A stretch of DNA of 64,000 nt from contig OZ241322.1 of assembly GCA_965199715.1 (NCBI GenBank), positions 1,120,001 through 1,184,000 of the forward strand, given 5' to 3'. The notes beneath the pieces are model-generated. The model made no database searches, was not told where the DNA came from, and saw nothing but the letters and a program-made list of their open reading frames with translations. The DNA comes from Vicinamibacteria bacterium (GTDB lineage Bacteria > Acidobacteriota > Vicinamibacteria > Marinacidobacterales > Marinacidobacteraceae). Shown piece after piece: positions 50,521-60,076 of the stretch; the first letter of the stretch is position 1; every line of letters begins with the position of its first letter. A program made the translations under genes and the position numbers.

Positions 50521-50841
50521 CTATTTCCTGTCGATGGATTCCACCCGGATGGAGGTCGCCGCCTGCCGGTGCCCCTGCTTCTTGCGGTAGCCCTTGCGCC
50601 GCTTGCGCTTGAACACGAGCACCTTGGGATCGCGGGTCACGGCGACCACCGAGGCGGAGACCGAGGCGCCCCTGACGTACGGGGTTCCGACGAGGCAGTC
50701 CCCGGACTCGGCGTCCTGCACCACGAGCACCCGGTCGAAGGTGACCGTCTCGCCGACTCCGGCCGGGAGCTTCTCGACCGAGAGCCGCCGCCCGGGCTCG
50801 GCGCGGTGCTGCTTGCCGCCGGACTCGAAGATCGCGTACAT
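50521..50841 (-). CDS. rplU: 50S ribosomal protein L21
   Basis: [24 protein letters not shown]. Confidence 0.97.
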   Translation of the reverse strand: MYAIFESGGKQHRAEPGRRLSVEKLPAGVGETVTFDRVLVVQDAESGDCLVGTPYVRGASVSASVVAVTRDPKVLVFKRKRRKGYRKKQGHRQAATSIRVESIDRK

Positions 50842-50851
50842 GGGGGCGCGG

Positions 50852-50860
50852 ACTCTAGCA
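50852..50860 (-). promoter_or_regulatory. Extended -10 element (TGcTAGAGT) 10 nt upstream of the rplU ATG
   Basis: Read directly on the minus strand; no Shine-Dalgarno in the 10 nt spacer. Confidence 0.55.
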
Positions 50861-50868
50861 GAAGCGGG

Positions 50869-52101
50869 TCACGAGACCCGGATGGACGCCAGCATGTCGG
50901 CGTTGGAGGGCGTGCGCTCCATGCGGCCCAGCAGCAGCGACATCGCCTCCATGGGCTTGAGGCCCACGAGGGCGCGACGGAGCAGATGGGTGCGGGGGAG
51001 CTCCTCGGGGCGCAGGAGCAGCTCCTCCCGGCGGGTTCCGGACCCGTGAAGGTCGATCGCCGGGAAGATCCGCGACTCGGCCAGCTTCCGGTCGAGCACG
51101 AGCTCCATGTTGCCGGTGCCCTTGAACTCCTGGAAGATGACCTCGTCCATCTGGCTGCCGGTATCCACGAGCGCCGTGCCGAGGATCGTGAGGCTGCCGC
51201 CGTCCTCGATCTTCCGCGCCGCGCCGAAGAACTGCCGTGGGAACTCGAGCGCCCGGGAGTCGATCCCGCCGCTCATGGTCCGGCCCTTGCCCCGCATCTC
51301 GCGGTTGGCGGCGCGCCCGAGGCGGGTGATCGAATCGAGAAGGATGAGCACGTCCTCCTTCATCTCCACGAGCCGCCGGGCCTGCTCGAGGACGACCCGG
51401 GCGACCCGCACGTGATCCCCGGCCCCGCTGTCGGCCGTCGAGGCGACGACCTCGGCGTCCGGGACCGCGCGGCGGAAGTGCGTGACTTCCTCGGGGCGCT
51501 CGTCGATGAGGAGGATGATGAGGTGGACCCGCGGGTAGTTCTTCGCGACCGAGGCGCCGATCTGCTCGAGCAGGATCGTCTTGCCGGTCTTGGGTGCGGC
51601 CACGATGAGCCCGCGCTGGCCGTAGCCGACCGGCGCGATCAGATCGACGACCCGAAGCGAGAGCGGCGGCTTCTCCTCGACCGCGAGCTCGATCCGGGGG
51701 GCTGGATGCTCGCTGACGAGGTCGCCGAAGTTCCGGCGCGGCGGCAGTTCGCCGAGCGGGTAGCCGTTCACCTCCAGCACCGTGTGGAGGTCGGCGCGGA
51801 GCGGGCCGCCCCGCCGGCGCCCCCGCCGGGGCGCGCCGTGGAAGCCGAGGATGGTCTGGCCCATCCGCAGGCGATGCCGGTCGATCAGGCTGAACGGCAC
51901 CCGCACGTCCGACTGCCTCGGCAGGTAGTTGTTCTTGAGCAGGCGCAGGTGGCCGCTGTCGCGCGGGCCGACGTCGAGCACGCCGGTGATCTCGATGTCC
52001 TGCCGGACGCGCGGCTCCCGCTCGGGCGGAGGCGGGGATTCGGCGGGCGGCGATCCCGCGGCCGCCTCGTCCGGCTCCCTCGGAAGGGACAACTCGGGCA
52101 T
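50869..52101 (-). CDS. rho: Transcription termination factor Rho (lacks the N-terminal helical subdomain)
   Basis: P-loop AAPKTGKT, LLIDERPEEVT, LDSITRL, FFGAAR, EFKGTGN; ATG 52101 preceded by a purine-rich SD-like stretch. Confidence 0.93.
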   Translation of the reverse strand: MPELSLPREPDEAAAGSPPAESPPPPEREPRVRQDIEITGVLDVGPRDSGHLRLLKNNYLPRQSDVRVPFSLIDRHRLRMGQTILGFHGAPRRGRRRGGPLRADLHTVLEVNGYPLGELPPRRNFGDLVSEHPAPRIELAVEEKPPLSLRVVDLIAPVGYGQRGLIVAAPKTGKTILLEQIGASVAKNYPRVHLIILLIDERPEEVTHFRRAVPDAEVVASTADSGAGDHVRVARVVLEQARRLVEMKEDVLILLDSITRLGRAANREMRGKGRTMSGGIDSRALEFPRQFFGAARKIEDGGSLTILGTALVDTGSQMDEVIFQEFKGTGNMELVLDRKLAESRIFPAIDLHGSGTRREELLLRPEELPRTHLLRRALVGLKPMEAMSLLLGRMERTPSNADMLASIRVS

Positions 52102-52377
52102 GGGTTCTTTCCTGGTGTCTCCGATGGCCGGCGCACGCGCCGGGGGTCTCGATGGGATGCGGCGCACCGGGCCCGTCCCCGGCGCTTCCCTTCGCGCCGA
52201 CAGCGGGACTTCGCCTTTCCGGGCTGCGGCCGGAAGGATGCGCCCGCGAGCCAGCGCGGGGAGAACGGCCGCCCGCTGACTCGATCGCCGGTCGGGGAGT
52301 TCCGCCGGACGCGCGGAACGCGGACGAGGGGGTCGGGGTCGCTCGACGAGCGACGGTGAACCTCCTGTTCGGAAGGA

Positions 52378-52406
52378 ACGATAGCACGCGGCCCGCCGCA
52401 TAGACT
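52378..52406. promoter_or_regulatory. Divergent -10 elements for rho (minus TGcTATCGT) and hisS (plus TAGACT)
   Basis: Minus TATCGT 52383-52378 with TG extension; plus TAGACT 52401-52406, 11 nt before the hisS ATG. Confidence 0.5.
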
Positions 52407-52417
52407 CCCCGCCGCAC

Positions 52418-53749
52418 ATGGCCCGCCCCTCCACGAAGCCGGTCAGCGGGATGCGCGACCAGTTGCCCGACGCGGCGCTGCGGCGCCGGGAGGCCGTCCG
52501 CCGGATCGAGGGCGCGTTCGCGCTGCACGGCTTCCGGCCGTTGGAGACCCCGGCGATGGAGCGCCTCGACACGCTGCTCGGCAAGTACGGCGACGAGGGC
52601 GACCAGCTCATCTACCGGGTGCTGCATCGGGGCGAGCGGCTGCGCCGGGCGCTCGGGCGCGAGTCCGTGGGGCAGGAGGACCTGGCCGAGCTCGGGCTGC
52701 GCTACGACCTCACGGTGCCGCTGGCCCGGGTGGTGGCCGAGTACCGGGAGTCCCTGCCGACGGTCTTCCGGCGCTTCCAGATCCAGCCGGTCTGGCGGGC
52801 CGACCGCGCCCAGAAGGGGCGCTTCCGCGAGTTCACCCAGTGCGACGCGGACATCGTCGGCAGCGCGTCGCTCCTCGCCGACGCCGAGGTCGTGACCGTT
52901 CTGGACGCCGCGCTCCGGGCGCTCGGCTTCACCGGCTTCACGATCCTGTTGAACCACCGGGAGGTGCTGCGGGGGCTCATCGCCGCCGCGGGGATCGCTC
53001 CCGAACGCGAGGGCGCGACGCTCGTCGCGCTCGACAAGCTGGGGAAGGCGGGCCGCGACGGCGTCGCCGAAATGCTCTCGGGGATCGAAGGCGTGGGCCC
53101 GGACCGGGCGCGGCGCCTGCTCGACCTCATGCCCGAAGGCGGCGGGAACCGGGAGCGGATCGCCCGGCTCGGGGCCACGCTCGAGCCGGGTCCGGCGCGG
53201 CGCGCCGCCGACGACCTGATCGAGCTCGCCGACATGCTCGAGGCGGCGCCGCTGCGGTTCGATCCCAGCCTGGCGCGCGGGCTGAGCTACTACACCGGCC
53301 CGATCTTCGAGGTCGTCGCCAGGGGCGGAGCCGGGTCGCTTGCGGGGGGCGGGCGCTACGACGGACTCGTCGGGATGTTCTCCGGACGAGACGTTCCCGC
53401 GACCGGATTCGCGCTCGGCATGGAGCGGATCCTGATGCTGTTGGACGCCCCGGCTGCGGACGCGGCGACGAGAGCGATGCTTTGCCGGACGCCCGAGGTT
53501 CCCGACCCGGATCTTCTGCGGGTCGCGCGGGAGCTTCGCGGGCTCGGCGTCCAGGTCGAGGTGCAGGTGGACCGGATCAAGCTCGGCAAGCAGCTCGCCC
53601 GGGCCTCGGCGGCCGGCTTCGGCGCGGCGCTCATTCTCGGGCCGGAGGAGCTGGAGCGAGGCGAGGTCACCGTCCGGAATCTCGCGACCCGCGAACAGGC
53701 GCGGACGCCGCTCGCCGGGGTCGCGGCGGCGCTCAGCCCGGGAGCCTGA
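52418..53749 (+). CDS. hisS: Histidine--tRNA ligase
   Basis: GMRD, LRYDLTVP, GRFREFTQCD, ARGLSYYTG, GGGRYD. Confidence 0.97.
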   Translation: MARPSTKPVSGMRDQLPDAALRRREAVRRIEGAFALHGFRPLETPAMERLDTLLGKYGDEGDQLIYRVLHRGERLRRALGRESVGQEDLAELGLRYDLTVPLARVVAEYRESLPTVFRRFQIQPVWRADRAQKGRFREFTQCDADIVGSASLLADAEVVTVLDAALRALGFTGFTILLNHREVLRGLIAAAGIAPEREGATLVALDKLGKAGRDGVAEMLSGIEGVGPDRARRLLDLMPEGGGNRERIARLGATLEPGPARRAADDLIELADMLEAAPLRFDPSLARGLSYYTGPIFEVVARGGAGSLAGGGRYDGLVGMFSGRDVPATGFALGMERILMLLDAPAADAATRAMLCRTPEVPDPDLLRVARELRGLGVQVEVQVDRIKLGKQLARASAAGFGAALILGPEELERGEVTVRNLATREQARTPLAGVAAALSPGA

Positions 53750-54788
53750 CCTCGAGGAATTCGAGATCGTCCGACGGCTCGAGGATCGCGGCCGGGCGCT
53801 CCGGGGGCAGCAGGAAGAGATCGCCCGGCGCGACGGCCTCCTCGGGCGCGTCCGCGACCTTGAGGCGCATCCGGCCCTCGCGCACGAAGCCGAAGAGGAT
53901 CCGCGCGGAGTGGCTCGACTCGGGAACCGGTTCGCCCGGAATCCGCCGGGCCACCGAAACCCCGGCGATCCCGCCGGTGGCCGCTCCGATCCCGGTCTCC
54001 CGGTGCTCGAACCCCGGGATCCGGAAGGCCGTCCACTTCGCCACGGCGAGGCGATGGCGGACGAAGCGGGTCCCCGCGAAGTCGCGCTCGGGCCGTAGCC
54101 GCGGCGTCGGCAGCTCCATCGCGTGGTCCATGCGCGTCATGTGCTCGGCGGGAGTCCCGACTTCCACGACCTCGAGGCCGTCCGAAGCTTCCAGCACCCG
54201 GTGGCGGATCTCCGGGGGCTGGATCACGCAGTCGCCCGCCTCGAGGACGAAGGGCGGTCCCTGGTCCTCGTACACGACCCGCACCCAGCCCCGGTGGCAG
54301 AAGATGAGCTGGAACCCGATCTTGTGGAAGTGCACCTGGTCGGGGACCGGGCCGCCGTCGGGGATCCGGATGTGGGATGCGATGAGGGCGCCGCCGAGCC
54401 GGTCGGGGATGAGATCCCGGTAGAGCATCCCGGCGCGGCCGACGCCCCACGAGCCGCTGCGGCGCACCTGGAAGCGGACTTGCGGCTCGGGGATCGCGAG
54501 CGGCGGATCGGCGGGCTCGACGTGGACGCGATGGCCGCCCGGCGAGACCAGTCGGCCGGTGGGTTCGCCCTCGAGCCGGAGCCGCGCCGGCGCCGGGTCG
54601 GGCGACCGCTCGAGCCGCAGTGCGAGGCCGTGCCCGGAGATCGCCGCCCACGCCGGATCGTCGGCGGGGCCGATGGCGTCCAGCCGGAACCCCAGCCGGT
54701 CGCGGAAGAACCGCAGCTCGGCGTCGAGGTCCGCGGTCTTCAGCCGGACTTCGGCGCGCCGGACGCTCAGGCCAGGTTGAGCTGCCAC
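53733..54788 (-). CDS. VOC plus cupin domain protein
   Basis: N-terminal FFRDRLGFRL glyoxalase-like motif; HFH...FQ...AGDCVIQPPEIRH cupin; second degenerate cupin; start uncertain. Confidence 0.82.
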   Translation of the reverse strand: MAAQPGLSVRRAEVRLKTADLDAELRFFRDRLGFRLDAIGPADDPAWAAISGHGLALRLERSPDPAPARLRLEGEPTGRLVSPGGHRVHVEPADPPLAIPEPQVRFQVRRSGSWGVGRAGMLYRDLIPDRLGGALIASHIRIPDGGPVPDQVHFHKIGFQLIFCHRGWVRVVYEDQGPPFVLEAGDCVIQPPEIRHRVLEASDGLEVVEVGTPAEHMTRMDHAMELPTPRLRPERDFAGTRFVRHRLAVAKWTAFRIPGFEHRETGIGAATGGIAGVSVARRIPGEPVPESSHSARILFGFVREGRMRLKVADAPEEAVAPGDLFLLPPERPAAILEPSDDLEFLEVRLPG

Positions 54789-55159
54789 GACACGCCGAAT
54801 CGGTCCACGACCCAGGCGAAGCGGCGGCTGAACCCGTAGTTGTCGAGCGGCATCAGGAACTGGCCGTCCTCGGACAGCGCGGCCGCGAGCGCGTCGATCT
54901 CCGCCTCGTCCGAAGTCTCGACGAAGAACGAGATGGACGGGGTGAAGGTGAAGTCGTGGCTGATGAAGCTGTCGCTGCAGTTCACGTTCTGGCCGCCGAC
55001 CGAGAACGTGGCGAAGCGCACCGTCCCCTCGGGGCCGGGGCCGTCGGCCCCGTAGCGGTCCACGGTGAGGATGCGGCTGTCGGGGACGACCCGGACGTAG
55101 AAGTCCATGGCCTCCTGAGCGCGGCCCTCGAACATCAGGAAGGGCGTGACGGATTTCAT
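54767..55159 (-). CDS. VOC/PhnB-like protein (3-dmu-9_3-mt family)
   Basis: TPFLMF, AQEAMDFY, FTPSISF, WVVDRFGVSWQL. Confidence 0.92.
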   Translation of the reverse strand: MKSVTPFLMFEGRAQEAMDFYVRVVPDSRILTVDRYGADGPGPEGTVRFATFSVGGQNVNCSDSFISHDFTFTPSISFFVETSDEAEIDALAAALSEDGQFLMPLDNYGFSRRFAWVVDRFGVSWQLNLA

Positions 55160-56610
55160 GATCGCTCCGCGAGGAAGGCGGCGCGGAGCTCGGCCTTCCG
55201 AACCTTTCCGGAGGCGGTCCGCACGATGCGTTCCGTCAACACTATCTCCCGTGGGCGCTTGTAGCGGGCGAGCCGCTCGTCGAGATGGCGGCGCAGATCG
55301 TCTGTCGAGACCGGGTTCCGGACCTCGACGAGCGCGATCGGCGCCTCCCCCCAGCGCTCGTCGGGCACCCCGAAGACGGCGCAGTCGAGGACCTCGGGAT
55401 GGGACTCGAGTCCGGCCTCGATCTCGCGGGGGTGCACGCTGATTCCGCCGGTGACGATCTTTTGGACGGATCGTCCGACGAGCGTGACGAAGCCGTCCTC
55501 GTCGGCGCGGCCGAGGTCGCCGGTCCAGCCCCAGCCGTCGCCGTTTCGGAAGTAGCCGGCGGTCTCCTCGGGATCCTCGTAGTAGCCGTCCATCAGGAAC
55601 GGCCCGCGCACGATCAGCTCCCCGGTCTCGCCGGGCGGAAGCGACGCGCCGTCCGGGCCGGCGATCCGCAGCTCGACCCCGTGCGCCGGCTGACCTATGG
55701 TCTCGGGCCGGGCGGCGGCGTCCCACGGCTTCAGGATCGTGAGCGGGCCGGTCTCGGACTGTCCGTAGTGGTCGGCGTAGCCGCACCAGGGAAACCGCTC
55801 GCGCCATGCGGCGATGAGGTCGGGCGGGCTAGTGGCGCCGCCCACGCCGAGATTCACGAAGGAGCGCGGGATCGGTTCGGTCCGGGAGAGGAGGTCGCGC
55901 ACCTGGACCGGCACGAGGAACGCGGCGCGGATCCGGCGCCGTTCGGCCTCGGCGGCGAACGCGTCGGGATCCCATCTTCGGAAGAGCACCGAGGAGGCCC
56001 CGGCGACCATCGCCGCCTGAAGCCAGATCAACAGCCCGACCGCGTGGGACATGGGGGTGACCGCGGCGACCACGTCCCGGTCGGTCAGGCCGTGCTCGAG
56101 CGCGGTCGAGAGCGCCGAGAGATACCGCGCGCGATGGCTCGCGACCGCGCCCCGGGGCCGGCCGGTCGTGCCGCCGGTGAACGTCATGGCCGCCGGGTCG
56201 TCGGGATGGACGCGGACGCCGGGCGGCGTCGGGTCGCCGAGGCAGCCGTCGAGGCTGGCCGGGATCGCGAGCCCGCCGAACGGAACCCGATCGTCTCCGG
56301 CGACGAGGATCCGGGGTTCGGTCCGGTCGAGGATGTGGGTGATTTCGGCCGGGGCGCTGCCCGGCGGGACGTGGACCGCCACGCCGCCGGCCCGCGCGAC
56401 CCCGAAGTGGATGACCGCGTATTCCGGCGAGTTGCGCAGCAGGCAGGCGATGCGGTCCCCGGGCCGGACGCCGGATGCAAGCAGGAAGTTGGCGAAGCCG
56501 TTCGCGAGGCCGTCGAGTTCGGCGTAGGAGACCTCGCGATCCCCGGCGATGAGCGCGACCTTGCGAGGCGCCCGGAGCGCCGCGAGCCGCAGGATTTCGC
56601 CGAAGAGCAC
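55156..56610 (-). CDS. AMP-binding acyl-CoA synthetase family protein
   Basis: FTGGTTGRPRG, YGQSETG, TGDLG, VPDERWGE, SGKV. Confidence 0.92.
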   Translation of the reverse strand: MLFGEILRLAALRAPRKVALIAGDREVSYAELDGLANGFANFLLASGVRPGDRIACLLRNSPEYAVIHFGVARAGGVAVHVPPGSAPAEITHILDRTEPRILVAGDDRVPFGGLAIPASLDGCLGDPTPPGVRVHPDDPAAMTFTGGTTGRPRGAVASHRARYLSALSTALEHGLTDRDVVAAVTPMSHAVGLLIWLQAAMVAGASSVLFRRWDPDAFAAEAERRRIRAAFLVPVQVRDLLSRTEPIPRSFVNLGVGGATSPPDLIAAWRERFPWCGYADHYGQSETGPLTILKPWDAAARPETIGQPAHGVELRIAGPDGASLPPGETGELIVRGPFLMDGYYEDPEETAGYFRNGDGWGWTGDLGRADEDGFVTLVGRSVQKIVTGGISVHPREIEAGLESHPEVLDCAVFGVPDERWGEAPIALVEVRNPVSTDDLRRHLDERLARYKRPREIVLTERIVRTASGKVRKAELRAAFLAERS

Positions 56611-56613
56611 GGC

Positions 56614-56910
56614 TCAGTCCAGCGGAACCAGCCGGATGCGGGTCCGGTCGCGTTGGGGAGGGTTCAGCGGATCGGCGACGGCCTGGCGGACCCGGGCGAT
56701 CGTTTCGGCGCGGAATCTCCGGCCCAGCGGAAGCGCTCCGGGTCGCCGCAGCGACGGCAGCCGTCGCTGCGGGTCGCGCATGAAGGCGGCGCCGCCGTCC
56801 ACTGGCCGCATCGCCCCGACAAAGAGGATCTCGCGCCATTTCCGCAGCGGGATGACGACCGCGCCGGAGGCGTCCCGGCGGAGGTCCTGGAACGGATCGC
56901 AATCCCGCAT
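56614..56910 (-). CDS. Hypothetical protein, 98 aa
   Basis: ATG 56910; ends 3 nt before the acyl-CoA ligase start; fills the gap up to divergent trmJ. Confidence 0.55.
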   Translation of the reverse strand: MRDCDPFQDLRRDASGAVVIPLRKWREILFVGAMRPVDGGAAFMRDPQRRLPSLRRPGALPLGRRFRAETIARVRQAVADPLNPPQRDRTRIRLVPLD

Positions 56911-56931
56911 CGCCCCTACGATACGCCGTCG
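56911..56931. promoter_or_regulatory. Candidate bidirectional promoter (overlapping TAnnnT hexamers)
   Basis: Plus TACGAT 56917-56922, 9 nt before ATG 56932; minus TATCGT 56923-56918, 7 nt before ATG 56910. Confidence 0.55.
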
Positions 56932-57639
56932 ATGGCCCGAGTCCAGCTTGTCCTGGTCCGCCCTCGCCGGGCGGAGAACGTGGGCGCCGCCGCGCGGGTC
57001 GTAGCCAACATGGAATTCGCCGGCCTCCGCCTCGTGGCGCCGGGCGACTGGCGCACGGTCCCGGCGTTCCGTTCGGCGTGGCAGGCCGAGCACGTTCTCG
57101 AAGAAGCCCGGGTGTTCCCCGACCTGCTCGCGGCGGTGGCCGACTGTCGCTTCGTCGCCGGGCTCAGCGGCAAGGGCGGCGACCGCATCCGCCACCTGTC
57201 GCCCCGGGAGCTCGGCGGCGAAATCGCCGCGCTCGGAGCGGACGACCCCGCGGCGGTGGTCTTCGGGAACGAGTCCACCGGGTTGACCATGGCGGAACGG
57301 TCGCTTTGCCAGCGGCAGGTCCGGATCCCCGCCTCGCCGCGCCAGCCGTCCCTGAACCTGGCCCAGGCCGCGATGGTGGTCGCCTACGAGATCCGCCTCG
57401 CCGGCGAGGCGCCGGAGGAAGCGCTCGAGAGGGCGACGGCGGGCGAGGCGGAGCCGGCGCTTCGGGCGATCCGCGACGCGATGCTGCGCGTGGGGTTTCT
57501 CGCGAAGGAGAACCCCGAGGCTCGTTTCCGGGAATGGCGCGAGCTCTTCGGGCGGGCCGGCCTCACGCCCCGCGAGACCCGGCTGATCCTCGCGCTGGCG
57601 CGCCGGATCCAGGGGACGGTCAGCCGAGGTTCTCCCTGA
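56932..57639 (+). CDS. trmJ: TrmJ/LasT-family SPOUT RNA methyltransferase
   Basis: LVLVRP...ENVGAAAR, VFGNESTGL, PSLNLAQA. Confidence 0.88.
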   Translation: MARVQLVLVRPRRAENVGAAARVVANMEFAGLRLVAPGDWRTVPAFRSAWQAEHVLEEARVFPDLLAAVADCRFVAGLSGKGGDRIRHLSPRELGGEIAALGADDPAAVVFGNESTGLTMAERSLCQRQVRIPASPRQPSLNLAQAAMVVAYEIRLAGEAPEEALERATAGEAEPALRAIRDAMLRVGFLAKENPEARFREWRELFGRAGLTPRETRLILALARRIQGTVSRGSP

Positions 57640-58288
57640 AGAGGTCAAGAACCCGGCTCCAGGCGGCCGCCGCGGCGGCCGCGTCGTAGGACGGGCGCTC
57701 GTCGTTGAAGAACGCGTGGCTCGTGCCCGGGTAGGTGTGGAAGTCGGGCTCGACGCCCGCGGCGGCGAGTGACGCGCGCAGCTTGGCCACCGCTTCGGCC
57801 GGCACGAAGTCGTCGTGCTCGGCGAAGAGCCCGAGGACCGGCCCCCGGATCGCACCATAGTTCGGGTGCACGTTCGGGTGGATTCCGTAGAAGTCCACGC
57901 AGGCTCCGATGCGGGGCGACGCGCCGGCGGCGTAGAGCGCGAGCTGGCCGCCCATGCAGAACCCGACGACCCCGACCGAGTCCCCGCTGGAGACCGACGC
58001 GAGATGGTCCGCGGCGCCTCGCAGATCCCGCTCGGCGCGTTCCACGTCGAGCGCCATGAGCAGCTTCCCCGCGGCGTCGGGCGAGGCGGTCTGCTCGCCG
58101 TGGAAGAGATCCGGGGCCAACGCGGTGAAACCGGCCTCGGCGAAGCGGTCGGCCACGGCGCGGATGTGGCCGACGAGGCCCCACCACTCCTGGATCACGA
58201 TCACTCCGGGGCCGGGGGAGTCGGGGACGGCGAGGTATCCCTCGCCGGAGCCGCTTTCGATCGGGAACGAGACCATCCGTCCTGCCAT
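57620..58288 (-). CDS. Dienelactone hydrolase family protein
   Basis: QEWWGL, GFCMGG nucleophile motif, HAFFN. Confidence 0.93.
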   Translation of the reverse strand: MAGRMVSFPIESGSGEGYLAVPDSPGPGVIVIQEWWGLVGHIRAVADRFAEAGFTALAPDLFHGEQTASPDAAGKLLMALDVERAERDLRGAADHLASVSSGDSVGVVGFCMGGQLALYAAGASPRIGACVDFYGIHPNVHPNYGAIRGPVLGLFAEHDDFVPAEAVAKLRASLAAAGVEPDFHTYPGTSHAFFNDERPSYDAAAAAAAWSRVLDLFRENLG

Positions 58289-58390
58289 GGGGCTGCCTCC
58301 GCGGGAAGGGTTCGGATGCTACAACGGCGGTTCTGATAATTTGGCGAGCGCTTCTGCAGCGCGCCGCGCCGTCGCGGCGGAAAGGGAGAC

Positions 58391-60070
58391 ATGACCCCAC
58401 TCGCCGCGACGCTCGTCTGCCTCGCGCTCTACGCATCCGGCTACCGGTTCTACGCGAGGCGGATCGCCTCCCGTTCGTTCGAGCTGGACGACAGCCGCCC
58501 GACCCCGGCCCACGAGCTCTCGGACGGACGCGACTTCGTGCCCACGAAGCCGCAGGTGCTTTTCGGCCACCACTTCGCCTCGATCGCGGGTCTGGCGCCG
58601 ATGCTGGGTCCGGCCATCGCGGTGATCTGGGGCTGGGTGCCCGCGATGATCTGGGTGGTCCTCGGGACCGTCTTCATCGGCGCGGTCCACGACTTCTCGG
58701 CGCTCTGCCTCAGCATCCGGGCGAAGGGCCGGTCCATCGGGCGGATCGCCGAGGACATCATCGGCCGCCGCGCGAAGTTCCTGTTCCACGCGCTGATCGT
58801 GTTCCTGATCGGGCTTGCGATGGGCGTGTTCGTCCAGGTCGTCGCCGGCCTGTTCGCGACCGACTACGCCGGAGCGGTGACCCCGAGCGCGGTGGTGATG
58901 ATCGTGGCCGTCGCGATCGGGGTCCTCTCGTACCGCCGCGGGGTGAGCCTCAAGGTGCTCGTCCCGATCGGGACCGCGCTGCTGTTCGTCGGCATTTGGC
59001 TGGGCGCCGTGCTCCCCGCCCCGATGCTCGCGATCCCCGAGTGGAGCTACATCCTGCTCGGGTACGCCTTCCTCGCGTCGGTGCTTCCGGTCTGGCTACT
59101 GCTCCAGCCGCGCGACTTCCTCAACTCGATCCTGCTGTACATCGCGCTCATCGCGGTCTTCGTGTCGTTCGTGATCCAGAACCCGGAGTTCGCCGCCCCG
59201 GCCTACAACCCGCAGCCCGACGGAGCGCCGCCGATCTTCCCGTTCGTGTTCATCGTGATCGCCTGCGGCGCGGTCTCGGGCTTCCACGCGCTGGTCTCGT
59301 CCGGCACCACCGCGAAGCAGCTCGACAGGGAGACCCACGCCCGGCCGATCGGCTACGGCGGCATGGTGGCCGAGAGCCTGCTGGGCCTCTCCGCGGTGCT
59401 CGCGACGACCGCCGGCTTCTCCAGCTCATCGGCGTGGCACTCCCACTTCGCGAGCTGGGACAGTGCGAACGGCCTCGTGGACAAGCTGAACGCCTACATC
59501 CAGGGCGCGGCGAACTTCCTCACCACGATCGGGGTTCCCGTGGAGGTCGGCAAGGCGTTCATGGCGCTCGTGGCCGTCTCGTTCGCGCTCACCACGATCG
59601 ACTCGGCCACCCGCATCCTCCGCTACAACATCGAGGAGATCGCCGACAGCGTCAAGATTCCCGCGCTCGGGCACCGGTACGTGGCGTCGGTGCTGGCGGT
59701 CGGAGTCATCGGGTTCTTCGCGCTGCTGGAGATCAACGGCGTTCCCGCCGGAACCGCGCTGTGGGCGCTGTTCGGCACGACGAACCAGATCATGGCGGGC
59801 CTGACGCTGCTGTCGGTGACGCTGTACCTCTACTTCCGCAAGAAGCCCTACGTGTACACGCTCGTGCCCATGGTCTTCATGCTGCTCACGACGATCAGCG
59901 CCATGATCTACAACATCCGCCACTACGTGGAGGGAGGGAGCTGGCTGCTGCTCGGCGTGGGCGGAGCGGTCCTCCTGCTCGCGATCTGGCTGCTGATCGA
60001 GGCCGTGCTGCGGTTCACCCGCGACCGCGAGCTCGCGATGGAAGGAATCCGGAAGGCGTTCGGCGACTGA
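58391..60070 (+). CDS. cstA: Carbon starvation protein A family transporter
   Basis: TPAH..DG.DFVPT, FGHHFASIAG, LLQPRD, IACGAVSGFH, FGTTNQ. Confidence 0.95.
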   Translation: MTPLAATLVCLALYASGYRFYARRIASRSFELDDSRPTPAHELSDGRDFVPTKPQVLFGHHFASIAGLAPMLGPAIAVIWGWVPAMIWVVLGTVFIGAVHDFSALCLSIRAKGRSIGRIAEDIIGRRAKFLFHALIVFLIGLAMGVFVQVVAGLFATDYAGAVTPSAVVMIVAVAIGVLSYRRGVSLKVLVPIGTALLFVGIWLGAVLPAPMLAIPEWSYILLGYAFLASVLPVWLLLQPRDFLNSILLYIALIAVFVSFVIQNPEFAAPAYNPQPDGAPPIFPFVFIVIACGAVSGFHALVSSGTTAKQLDRETHARPIGYGGMVAESLLGLSAVLATTAGFSSSSAWHSHFASWDSANGLVDKLNAYIQGAANFLTTIGVPVEVGKAFMALVAVSFALTTIDSATRILRYNIEEIADSVKIPALGHRYVASVLAVGVIGFFALLEINGVPAGTALWALFGTTNQIMAGLTLLSVTLYLYFRKKPYVYTLVPMVFMLLTTISAMIYNIRHYVEGGSWLLLGVGGAVLLLAIWLLIEAVLRFTRDRELAMEGIRKAFGD

Positions 60071-60076
60071 CCGCGC

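Noticed and set aside
52102-52375. Possible tRNA, SRP, tmRNA or known riboswitch in the rho-hisS gap
   Set aside because: No cloverleaf, T-loop or recognisable conserved motif found by eye; kept only as a putative rho leader.
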